Shown here: piece by piece, positions 9,159 to 18,898 of the stretch
Layout: every line of letters starts with the position of its first letter
Position numbering within the stretch: the stretch's first letter is position 1
DNA from: Caldilineales bacterium
GTDB lineage: Bacteria > Chloroflexota > Anaerolineae > J102
Assembly (NCBI GenBank): GCA_013360575.1
Contig: JABWBG010000012.1
Location: 1 to 56,336 of the forward strand
DNA length: 56,336 nucleotides
Direction of reading: 5' to 3'
The notes under the pieces: model-generated
What the model was told of the DNA's origin: nothing
Database searches by the model: none
Seen by the model: only the letters and a program-made list of their open reading frames with translations
Program-made: the position numbers and the translations under genes

Positions 9159-10016
9159 CTATGCCGCGGCCCGTGCCTGCTGTTGCCGTCGCCGGGCCTG
9201 GCCATACAGAGCGTAGAGGTTGGCCCGGTGCAACTGCACCGCCAGGCCCCCCATCAGCGTAGCCGGATAGCCGCACGCCTCCAGCGTCAACGCATCCAAC
9301 GCCTCCTTGCCCTCTCCCGCCGCCAGCACTGCCTGGGCGTGCGCTTCCACCCGGCCCAGATAAGTCAGTTGCGCCTGCAACACCGACTTCACCTCCCCCC
9401 GCAGCAACACCTCCCCATGCCCCTGGATCACATCCTCCAGGGGCGTCAACTCCAGCACCCCGTGCAAAGAGCGGCGCAGGTCATCGATACCGCCGTTGGC
9501 AAAATAGGGCACCGGCATGACGGCATCCGCGGCGTACAACACCTTCTCCTCCTTGATGTACACCGTGATCAGATCGGGCGAATGACCGGGCGCGTGCCGC
9601 AGCACCAGCGTGAACCCGCCAATGCGGATGCTGGCTTCCTTCTCGGTCAACATGGTGGGCAATTGCAACGTCACCTCGGCCAGGGCCGTGTTGCGCTGCC
9701 GCGCCTCCATCAGCGCCGGGCGCGTCTGCTTGATCAGATGCTCACGCGCTAACAGATGGCTGATCACCTCCGCTTCGGGGAAGAGATACGCGCCGTACAC
9801 ATGATCCGCATGCGCGTGCGTCAGGATCAGATAGCGCACATGCGAGCGCAGGCGCTGTTTGACGAATTGAATGATTTGTTGGGTTTCCTGTGGATACGGC
9901 AAGGTATCGATCAGGACACACCCCTCTTCCGTGGTGATCAGCCCGGCATTCACCTGGGCATACATGCCGCTACGAAAGACATAGATGTGATCGGCGACGC
10001 GCTCACGCAAGACCAT
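9159..10016 (-). CDS. MBL-fold metallo-hydrolase
   Basis: LILTHAHADHVYGAY (HxHxDH motif). ATG at 10016 with GAGGAG upstream. Converges on ctaB with zero intergenic bases. Confidence 0.8.
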   Translation of the reverse strand: MVLRERVADHIYVFRSGMYAQVNAGLITTEEGCVLIDTLPYPQETQQIIQFVKQRLRSHVRYLILTHAHADHVYGAYLFPEAEVISHLLAREHLIKQTRPALMEARQRNTALAEVTLQLPTMLTEKEASIRIGGFTLVLRHAPGHSPDLITVYIKEEKVLYAADAVMPVPYFANGGIDDLRRSLHGVLELTPLEDVIQGHGEVLLRGEVKSVLQAQLTYLGRVEAHAQAVLAAGEGKEALDALTLEACGYPATLMGGLAVQLHRANLYALYGQARRRQQQARAAA

Positions 10017-10166
10017 ACCGATTGAGACTCCTCGATGCAATAAGATGGGCGCCTCATCTGGCGCCGCTGAGGGCGCAGCTTAACATAGTCTCTGCTTTTG
10101 ATCAAGGGTTCGTGTGCAATTTACACTCGAAAGGCGCTGCCCGCCCGACCATCCCCCGCCAGGCCA

Positions 10167-10403
10167 AGAAAAAGCCAGCCGGGCCAGCGGCTGGCTTGCA
10201 AAAGATGATGGCTTTGTAGTCCCCCGTCGCACCGTGTGCCTGGGTAGCTTTGAACCTGCTTACGCAGGTGGGTGCCTTGACCTGGTTCTCGCCTTGCCAA
10301 TCGAGGGCTATCGCGTTCCCCAGTGTATGACCTGGCTCCCGAAGGTCTGATGTTGGCTCAAAACGTATCAGAGGCATCACGCATGCAAGAGGGGAGCTAC
10401 AGC
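10167..10403 (-). ncRNA. Candidate structured small RNA (6S-like rod with a large asymmetric internal bubble), including its intrinsic terminator
   Basis: Has its own promoter (TTGTCA-17 nt-TAGACT, 10436-10408). The 5' segment GCUGUAGCUCCCCUCUUGCAUGCGUGAUGCCU pairs with the 3' segment AGGCACACGGUGCGACGGGGGACUACAAAGC in about 23 bp with small bulges. There is an internal GNRA hairpin ACCUGC-GUAA-GCAGGU. Terminator AGCCAGCC..GGCUGGCU + UUUUCUU at 10196-10167. The only ORF here (92 aa) looks non-coding. Confidence 0.45.
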
Positions 10404-10407
10404 ATCT

Positions 10408-10436
10408 AGTCTAGCACAACCGCCGAGGGATGACAA
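10408..10436 (-). promoter_or_regulatory. Sigma70-type promoter for the ncRNA candidate
   Basis: Minus strand: TTGTCA (10436-10431), 17-nt spacer, TAGACT (10413-10408). The predicted TSS falls at the first bases of the closing stem. Confidence 0.5.
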
Positions 10437-10501
10437 ACTGCCCATTTGGTGGTGGAGAAGCGCGGCGAGAGCGATCCAATGTACGTAAAATTACACAGGA
10501 A

Positions 10502-10530
10502 TTGCCACCCGTTCCAGGTTGTGCTATAGT
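10502..10530 (+). promoter_or_regulatory. Sigma70-type promoter for folD
   Basis: TTGCCA (10502-10507), 17-nt spacer, TATAGT (10525-10530). Leaves a 5' UTR of about 73 nt containing the hairpin CCGGGCG..CGCCUGG. Confidence 0.55.
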
Positions 10531-10610
10531 TCACAACACCGGGCGCGGCCACCACGCCTGGCCCAATGTATCATCCTGACAATGACCTAGCATCCGCCAA
10601 GGAGGAAGCT

Positions 10611-11492
10611 GTGACAGCGCAAATTATCGATGGCAAAGCGATTGCCGCCGCCATTCGCGGGGAAATCGCCCAAGATGTGCAAGATCTCCTGACCAAAACC
10701 GGCAAGGCCCCCGGTCTGGCCACGGTGTTGGTGGGGGAACGCCCCGATTCGGCCACTTATGTGCGCATGAAGAAAAAGGCCTGCGCCGAGGTGGGCATCC
10801 AATCTTTCAGCGTCGAACTGCCCGGCGACGTCAGCCAAGAGCAATTGCTGCAAGCCGTGCAGGCGTTGAACGCCAATCCCGATGTGCACGGCATCCTGGT
10901 GCAACTGCCCCTGCCCGGCCATATCGATGAGGAGGAGATCCTGGGTGCCATCAGCCTGGAGAAGGATGTCGATGGCTTTCATCCCCTGAATATCGGGCGG
11001 CTGTCCATGAAGCGCCGCGATCCTCTGTTCGTGCCCTGCACCCCGCGCGGGTGTATCGAGCTGCTCGACCGCATGCACATCCCCATCGAAGGTAAACAGG
11101 CCGTGGTGCTGGGGCGCAGCAATATCGTGGGTCTGCCCGTGGCGATGTTGCTTTTGCACCGCAACGCCACCCTCACCATCTGCCATTCGCGCACCAAAAA
11201 CCTGCCCGATGTGGTGCGCAGCGCCGATATCCTGATCGCGGCTGTGGGCCGGGCGGAGATGGTGAAGGGGAGCTGGATCAAGCCTGGCGCCGCTGTCATC
11301 GACGTGGGCACCAATGCGGTCGATGACCCCAGCGCGGCCAAAGGCTATCGTCTGGTGGGGGATGTGGATTTTGCCGAGGCCAAAGAGGTGGCCGGGTACA
11401 TCACGCCATCCCCCGGCGGGGTGGGGCCGATGACGATCATCATGCTGTTGCGCAACACCGTAGACAGCGCCCGCCGCGCTTACGGGGTTTGA
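10611..11492 (+). CDS. folD: Bifunctional methylenetetrahydrofolate dehydrogenase/methenyl-THF cyclohydrolase
   Basis: GTG at 10611 follows AAGGAGGA. QIIDGKAIAAAIRGEI.., PGLATVLVGERPDSATYVRMKKKA and GRSNIVGLPVAMLL are typical FolD. The upstream ATG at 10566 would add an atypical extension. Confidence 0.92.
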   Translation: MTAQIIDGKAIAAAIRGEIAQDVQDLLTKTGKAPGLATVLVGERPDSATYVRMKKKACAEVGIQSFSVELPGDVSQEQLLQAVQALNANPDVHGILVQLPLPGHIDEEEILGAISLEKDVDGFHPLNIGRLSMKRRDPLFVPCTPRGCIELLDRMHIPIEGKQAVVLGRSNIVGLPVAMLLLHRNATLTICHSRTKNLPDVVRSADILIAAVGRAEMVKGSWIKPGAAVIDVGTNAVDDPSAAKGYRLVGDVDFAEAKEVAGYITPSPGGVGPMTIIMLLRNTVDSARRAYGV

Positions 11493-11498
11493 GTAGGC

Positions 11499-11557
11499 GG
11501 ACGATGGACGATGGACGATGGCGTGATCTATCGTCTATCGTCTATCGTCCATCGTCC
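11499..11557. repeat. GACGATG/CATCGTC heptamer-repeat hairpin between convergent folD and aspS
   Basis: ggacgatggacgatggacgatgg - cgtgat - ctatcgtctatcgtctatcgtccatcgtcc. The arms are tandem heptamers. The mismatches are G:T, so they pair as G:U only in plus-strand RNA. Confidence 0.85.
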
Positions 11558-11567
11558 TGAAACGGTG

Positions 11568-13328
<1,761 letters not shown>

Positions 13329-13475
13329 GAAAGAGACTCCAAAGGGATGGGAAGGAAGTTGTCTGAGAAAAAGGGTGGATTGGCCGGCGGCAGAGCATAC
13401 GATCCAATAAAAAAAGACCGCCGCGGCGCTGCGATCCAGGGCATTATAGACGGCGCTGCGGGCGATGGCAAACGG

Positions 13476-13505
13476 TAGACATCCCCCCCATTTCCTGTGT
13501 ATAAT
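13476..13505 (+). promoter_or_regulatory. Candidate promoter of the giant wall-hydrolase gene
   Basis: TAGACA (13476-13481), 18-nt spacer, TATAAT (13500-13505). The roughly 90-nt leader has two hairpins (GCGCCCA..TGGGCGT and GTGGCG..CGCCAC). Confidence 0.45.
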
Positions 13506-13598
13506 AGCGCCCATCTGTCTGTCTGGGCGTTCCTTCGCAGTGGTTTATGTGGCGGAGGGACCCACGCCACAAGTTCATCCCCCCTCAAGGCGATCTCT

Positions 13599-16500
13599 AT
13601 GGCCCGGCCACTTTGCGACTCTGAATACATCTACGGACTTCACGATCCTGGCGGCGAGCAGCACATGCTGGACAAAGGCGCGCCGGGGTGGGTTGTCGTC
13701 ACGGAAGGCATCGGTTTCAACCGCAACGACCATGGCAGCAGCGACTATCGCTACCTCTCTGACAAAGGTCTGGGGGTGATGGTGCGGCTGAATGCAGGAT
13801 ACAGTGGGACGGGCACGATCCCGCACGAGCGCAATTACCAGGATTTCGCGCAGCGCTGTGCCAATTTCGTGCGTAACTCGCACGGCGCCCACATCTGGAT
13901 CATCGGCAACGAGATGAATCACCCGGTCGAATGGCCGGGCGCGGACTGGGACTGGGGCGCGCAGCCGCCGGCCCCGCGCAGCGCTGCCCAGACAGGCGAG
14001 GCGATCACCCCGCAGCGGTATGTGCAGTGCTACCGGCTGGCGCGCGAGGCGATCCGCGGGCTGCCCGGACATAGCGAGGATCAGGTGCTGATCGGCGCGG
14101 TCGCGCCCTGGAACAACCTGACCAAATATCAGGGCAATGAGGGCGGCGATTGGATCCTCTATTTCCGCGACATCCTTACCGCCCTAGGCCCCGATCGCTG
14201 CGACGGCATCACCATCCACACCTACACGCACGGCCCGCAGGTGGAAAAGATCGACGCGGAGACGCGCATGGGCGCGCCTTTTCAGAACCGGCGCTACGAA
14301 TTCCGCACCTACATCGACTTCATGGAAGCGATCCCGGCCACCATGCGCCACCTGCCGGTCTACATCACCGAGACGGACCAGGATGAACCGTGGGTGAATG
14401 AGAACAGCAGTTGGGTGCGGCGGGCGTACGGAGAGATCGACTATTGGAATAAAAACAACGCCCAGCAGATCCGGGCGCTGGTGCTCTACCGTTGGCCCCG
14501 TTATGACAAGTGGTACATCGAGGGCAAACAGGGGGTGATCGAAGACTTCCGCATGGCCATGGACTGGAAGCTGAAATGGCGCACCGACGTGGCCCCGCAG
14601 CCAGAAAAGCAGCCCTACCGCGCCGACATCCGCCTGCCGCAGCCCCTCACCGCCGCGGACGCCGGCGCCACCCTGACTGTGGCGGTGACTGTGCGCAACA
14701 CCGGCAGGGATGCCTGGCCGCGCGGGGGGCCAAACCCGGTGCGGCTGGGCTATCGCTGGTACGATGCCGGCGGCCAGCAGGTGGCGGCTGCCGATCATCG
14801 CACGCCCCTGCCGCGCGATGTGGCGCCAGGCGAAGAGGTGCAGATCAGCGCCACGCTGGCCGCGCCGGCGCAGGCGGGAACCTACACCCTCTCCTTCGAT
14901 CTGGTGCACGAAGGCATCACTTGGTTCGCGGACAAGGGCAACACGCCGGCCAAGGCCCGCGTGGCCGTCAGCGGCGCGGCCGCGCCGGCAGAGCAATACT
15001 TCGCCGAGACCAAAGTGTGGGTGCGCGGGGCGTTCCTCGATTTCTATCGCCGCTATGGGCTGGATATCTGCGGCTATCCCATCACCGAAGTCTTCAGCGA
15101 AAACGGCATGAAGACACAATATTTCCAGCGGGTGGCCCTGGAGGAATACGAGCCGGGCAAGGTGCGGCTGCGCCTGACCGCGCAACAGGCACTCGAGGCG
15201 AGCCAGCGCATCACCGCCCTGGAGCAGCAGATCGCGGCCCTGCGCCGGCAGTTGCAATCGGGGGGCGGCGCCGCGCCGCAACCGCCGATGCAGGACGTGA
15301 GCCAAAGCCTGCCTCGCGATGTCAGCGCCATGATCACCCGCCCGCTCACCGACGTGCGGCACATCGTCATCAACCACACCGCGGTGGGGCCGGATGTCGG
15401 AGTCGAGCGCATTGCCCAGGCGCACCGCAAGACCTGGCCGGCCATCGTCTGCCAGTTTTTCATCGACGGCGCCGGCAACATTGTACAGACCAACCCCCTG
15501 ACCGAGGTGGTGAGCAGCAAGGACGTGCATCTGCGCGACGCCATCAACATCCATGTGGCGGGCAACTTCTCCACTGCCACGCCCTCGGCCAATCAGATCG
15601 ATGCGCTGGCCAGCCTCTGCGCCTGGTTGCTGGACATGCTGGGCCTGGAAACGACAGCAGTGCAGGGCGCACGCGAGTTCGTGGTGACGCAATCGCCAGG
15701 CAATAACTGGATGGCCGGCGCCAATTGGAAGCAGACGCTGGTCGACCGCATCGCGCCCCTGCGCGGCAGCGGCGCGCCATCCCCCGGGCCCACGCCCGGC
15801 GATGGCGCCAGCGCCCAAGAAGTGGCCCGCTTGCAGCGGGAGCGGGATGAGCTGGCGGATCATCTGCTGGACGCGCACGCGCAGATCGACATCCTCCATG
15901 GCCGGGTGATGGCGTTGGAGGCGGCGTTGGCAGCAGCGCTGCAAGGGGGCGGCGGGACTGGCGGGGTGCAGCAGCCCGCGGTGCGCGATGTGATCAGCAA
16001 TCTGCCGCGGGCGGCAGAGCGGATGTTCAAGCGCAAGGCTGAGGATGTCCGCTACATTGTCATCAACCACACGGCTGTGCCCCCCACGGTGGGGGTGGAG
16101 CGGGTGGCGCAGGCGCACGCGGCCCGCTGGCCCGCGATTGTCTCGCAGTTCTTCATCGACGGCGAGGGCGCCATCTTGCAGACCAACCCCCTGAACGAGG
16201 TGGTGGATGACAAGCAGGAGTGGATCCTGCGGGGGGTGAATATCCACGTGGCCGGCAATTTCAACGACGCCCTGCCCAGCGAGGCGCAGCTCGACAGCCT
16301 GGCGCGGTTGTGCGCCTGGCTGCTGGCCAGCCAAAAGCTGCCAGACGACGCGATCCGCGGGGCCAGCGAGTTCATCGTCACCCAATCGCCGGGCGCGCAG
16401 TGGCTGGGCGGCCAGCGCTGGAAGGATCTGTTGTTGCAGCGGGTGCAGGCGGTGCGGGCCACAGCCGGGCCAGGCGCGGCGCAGCCAGGATCCGGGCCGG

Positions 16501-17804
16501 ACCCGGCGCTGCTAAATTCTCTGCGCCAACAGATCTCGCAGTTGCAGGCGCAGAACCAGGAGCTGGCGCGGCGTTTGCAGGATGCCACCAATCAACTGGC
16601 GGCCCTGCCCGCAGAGGCGCAGGCCCTGAAAGCGCAGGTGACTACCCTGCAGCGGGAGAAAACCGCGCTGGAAGGGGAGCGCAACCAGGCGCGGACGCAG
16701 GCGGCGCAGTTGCAGACGCAGATCGAGGCCCTGAACCGGCAGGTGCAGGACTTGAACAAGCGTTTGCAAGAGCAGCCGGGAGATGCGGGGCTGCGCGCGC
16801 AGATCGCCACGCTGGAGAAAGAGAAAACCGCGCTGGCCGCGGAGCGAGACCGGCAGCAGCAGAGCATCGCCGCCCTGCAAAAACGGGTGGCGGAGCTGGA
16901 AAAAGGGGGCGGATCGACGCCCCCGCGCGACGAGGCGGCGATGCCGGGCAAGATCGCCAAGCCGCCGATGGTGGAAGTGGTGGATCAATTGATGAAGCAT
17001 CCCACCGAGACCTATCCCAGCCGCGAGCTGACTGCCATCACCCACATCGCCATCCACCACAGCGCCGCGCCGGCCAACATCCCCCCGGAACGGATCGCGA
17101 TCTATCACGTGACGAACGAAAAGCACAAATGGCCGGGCATGGGCTATCACTATTACATCGGCCCGGATGGCGTGATCAATCACACGCAGGACTTGAAACT
17201 GGCCAGCTACCAGGTGTACAAAAACAATCACTACAGCCTGGGCATCTGCGTGGCGGGCAATTTCACCGATGTTATTCCCACCCCCGCGCAGGTGGAATCG
17301 GCTGCGCATCTCACCGCCTGGCTGATGCAGGAGCTACATATCCCGATCGAGCAGGTGTGGGGGCACCGCGAGTTCCCGCTGAACAGCACCTCTTGCCCTG
17401 GCAACCAGTGGCTGGGCGGGCAGAAGTGGAAGGACATCCTGCTCAATCGCGTGCGCGAGATCCAGGGGGGAATCAGCCCGGCGCAGCCCAGCGCGGGCAA
17501 GGCCATCGAGCATTATCTGCTATTCTGGCATCATGGCGGCAACAACTGGGCGCAGCAGGATTGGCAGGCGGCGATCAATTACATCGCTGCCTTCCAGCCC
17601 ACAGCCGGCTTTTCGCTGGATGCGGCCAAGGCGGCGCGGTATGTGACCATCGTCGGCGGCACAGCCGGGGTGAGCCAGCAGATCGAGGATGCGATCCGGA
17701 CGTCGGGCAGCCGGGTGGAACGGTTGGCCGGGCGCGATTTCGCCGAGACCAAGGCCTTGCTCGACCAACTCGCTGCCTCCGGGCGCAAATTCATGACAAT
17801 TTGA
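13599..17804 (+). CDS. Giant multidomain cell-wall hydrolase: GH-A-like TIM barrel + Ig-like module + 2 degenerate and 1 intact Amidase_2 (PGRP-type) domains separated by coiled coils + CWB2-like tail
   Basis: - GH-A motifs: IWIIGNEMNHP (Glu codon 13911-13913) and VYITETDQ (Glu codon 14370-14372).
- Amidase-like domains 1 and 2: INHTAV..HVAGNF..GA(R/S)EF(V/I)VTQSPG.
- Amidase domain 3: IHHSAA..GYHYYI..CVAGNF..GHREFPLNSTSCPGNQW.
- Heptad-rich Q/A/L/E segments at about 15180-15250, 15800-15950 and 16500-16910.
- C-terminal VERLAGRDFAETKALL. Confidence 0.8.
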   Translation: MARPLCDSEYIYGLHDPGGEQHMLDKGAPGWVVVTEGIGFNRNDHGSSDYRYLSDKGLGVMVRLNAGYSGTGTIPHERNYQDFAQRCANFVRNSHGAHIWIIGNEMNHPVEWPGADWDWGAQPPAPRSAAQTGEAITPQRYVQCYRLAREAIRGLPGHSEDQVLIGAVAPWNNLTKYQGNEGGDWILYFRDILTALGPDRCDGITIHTYTHGPQVEKIDAETRMGAPFQNRRYEFRTYIDFMEAIPATMRHLPVYITETDQDEPWVNENSSWVRRAYGEIDYWNKNNAQQIRALVLYRWPRYDKWYIEGKQGVIEDFRMAMDWKLKWRTDVAPQPEKQPYRADIRLPQPLTAADAGATLTVAVTVRNTGRDAWPRGGPNPVRLGYRWYDAGGQQVAAADHRTPLPRDVAPGEEVQISATLAAPAQAGTYTLSFDLVHEGITWFADKGNTPAKARVAVSGAAAPAEQYFAETKVWVRGAFLDFYRRYGLDICGYPITEVFSENGMKTQYFQRVALEEYEPGKVRLRLTAQQALEASQRITALEQQIAALRRQLQSGGGAAPQPPMQDVSQSLPRDVSAMITRPLTDVRHIVINHTAVGPDVGVERIAQAHRKTWPAIVCQFFIDGAGNIVQTNPLTEVVSSKDVHLRDAINIHVAGNFSTATPSANQIDALASLCAWLLDMLGLETTAVQGAREFVVTQSPGNNWMAGANWKQTLVDRIAPLRGSGAPSPGPTPGDGASAQEVARLQRERDELADHLLDAHAQIDILHGRVMALEAALAAALQGGGGTGGVQQPAVRDVISNLPRAAERMFKRKAEDVRYIVINHTAVPPTVGVERVAQAHAARWPAIVSQFFIDGEGAILQTNPLNEVVDDKQEWILRGVNIHVAGNFNDALPSEAQLDSLARLCAWLLASQKLPDDAIRGASEFIVTQSPGAQWLGGQRWKDLLLQRVQAVRATAGPGAAQPGSGPDPALLNSLRQQISQLQAQNQELARRLQDATNQLAALPAEAQALKAQVTTLQREKTALEGERNQARTQAAQLQTQIEALNRQVQDLNKRLQEQPGDAGLRAQIATLEKEKTALAAERDRQQQSIAALQKRVAELEKGGGSTPPRDEAAMPGKIAKPPMVEVVDQLMKHPTETYPSRELTAITHIAIHHSAAPANIPPERIAIYHVTNEKHKWPGMGYHYYIGPDGVINHTQDLKLASYQVYKNNHYSLGICVAGNFTDVIPTPAQVESAAHLTAWLMQELHIPIEQVWGHREFPLNSTSCPGNQWLGGQKWKDILLNRVREIQGGISPAQPSAGKAIEHYLLFWHHGGNNWAQQDWQAAINYIAAFQPTAGFSLDAAKAARYVTIVGGTAGVSQQIEDAIRTSGSRVERLAGRDFAETKALLDQLAASGRKFMTI

Positions 17805-17809
17805 TCTTA

Positions 17810-17953
17810 AAAACGCAAAGGCGCAGAGGTACGCAAAGGTACGCAAAGTTTTTTTGTTTTTTTCTTTGCGTACCTCTGCGCCTTTGCGTTAAATCCTCAT
17901 CTTCTCTGCGTTCCTCTGCGTTCTTTGCGTTAAAATCCTGATCTTCTCTGCGT
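17810..17953. repeat. ACGCAAAG/CTCTGCGTT-type hairpin element plus degenerate direct repeats downstream of the giant gene
   Basis: 27-bp perfect stem: aacgcaaaggcgcagaggtacgcaaag (17812-17838) against ctttgcgtacctctgcgcctttgcgtt (17864-17890), with a T-rich loop. It is followed by two copies of aaatcct(c/g)atcttctctgcgtt (17891-17912 and 17932-17953). Confidence 0.85.
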
Positions 17954-17963
17954 TGAATCTCTC

Positions 17964-18746
17964 ATGCCCAACCCCTTCCAACTCCGCCCCGCCGAGCCTT
18001 ACGTGTTTCATCTGGATGTGGGCGAGGAAGAGCCTTTCCAAGGCCCGATGGATCTGCTGCTGAAGCTGATCGAGCAGGAGGAACTGCCGATCACGTCCGT
18101 CAGCCTGGTGCAGATCACGGGGCAGTATCTGGCGCACCTGGCCGAGATGGAGGAATTGCAACCGGAGGGCATCGCCGAGTTTTTGGTGATGGCGGCGCGG
18201 CTGATCTACATCAAGTCGGCGGCGCTGCTGCCGCGGCCGGCAGCCGAGTCTGAGGAGGAAGAGGAGGATCCGGCAGAAACGCTGGCCCGGCAACTGCGCG
18301 AGTACAAGCTATTCAAGCAGCGGGCCGCGCTGCTGCAAACGTTGGAAGAGGCCGGACAGCGGGCCTATGTGCGCCTGGCCCCGCCGCCGCAACTGCAAAA
18401 ACGTCTGGAACCGGGCGGGCTGAATGTGGCCACGCTGCTGGATGCACTGTACGCCGTGCTGGAAGATCTGGAGGCGCCGCCGCGGCCCATCCACTCCATT
18501 GCCCCCCTCGATATTACCATCGATGCGTGTATGGCCGCGCTGAAAAAGGGATTGGCGGGAGGCAAAAGCGTGCATTTTCGGCAATTTCTGGGGCAGGCGC
18601 GGGGCCGCATCGAGGTGCTGGTGCATTTCCTGGCCCTGTTGGAGATGATCAAATTGGGAGAGATTGCGGTGCGGCAGGAAAAAATGTTTGGGGAGATCGT
18701 GATAGAGGGGGTGGCGCAGGAGGCCAGGCTGCCTGTCGACGTTTGA
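17964..18746 (+). CDS. scpA: Segregation and condensation protein A
   Basis: FQGPMDLLLKLIEQEELPITSVSLVQITGQYLAHL is the typical ScpA N-terminus. No scpB follows. Confidence 0.85.
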   Translation: MPNPFQLRPAEPYVFHLDVGEEEPFQGPMDLLLKLIEQEELPITSVSLVQITGQYLAHLAEMEELQPEGIAEFLVMAARLIYIKSAALLPRPAAESEEEEEDPAETLARQLREYKLFKQRAALLQTLEEAGQRAYVRLAPPPQLQKRLEPGGLNVATLLDALYAVLEDLEAPPRPIHSIAPLDITIDACMAALKKGLAGGKSVHFRQFLGQARGRIEVLVHFLALLEMIKLGEIAVRQEKMFGEIVIEGVAQEARLPVDV

Positions 18747-18816
18747 GGCGCTTTTCGTGGTGCGTGGTGCGTCTCGGCTAGTGTTGCGGAAGCCCTGTGT
18801 GGTTGTTTTTTGGTTC

Positions 18817-18845
18817 TTGACAGCCCGCGGGCAGGCTGCTATACT
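18817..18845 (+). promoter_or_regulatory. Near-consensus sigma70 promoter of the LacI-headed operon
   Basis: TTGACA (18817-18822), 17-nt spacer, TATACT (18840-18845). Confidence 0.65.
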
Positions 18846-18856
18846 CGCCGTAGACG

Positions 18857-18876
18857 TTGAGCACACGTGTGCTCAA
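18857..18876. promoter_or_regulatory. Perfect 20-bp palindrome, candidate LacI-family operator
   Basis: TTGAGCACACGTGTGCTCAA begins about 5 nt downstream of the predicted TSS and about 20 nt upstream of the regulator ATG. Confidence 0.6.
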
Positions 18877-18898
18877 GCATGATCAAACCGTCCCCTCC

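Noticed and set aside
10437-10610. Possible ZTP (pfl) or THF riboswitch in front of folD, prompted by the CCGGGCG..CGCCUGGCCC hairpin.
   Set aside because: A good TTGCCA-17-TATAGT promoter at 10502-10530 leaves only a leader of about 73 nt, too short for the two-domain ZTP fold. I could not find the conserved ACUGGCG / GGGGAGC 5' subdomain, and the 3' box reads CGCCUGGCCC rather than CCGCCUGGGC. A cmscan would settle it.
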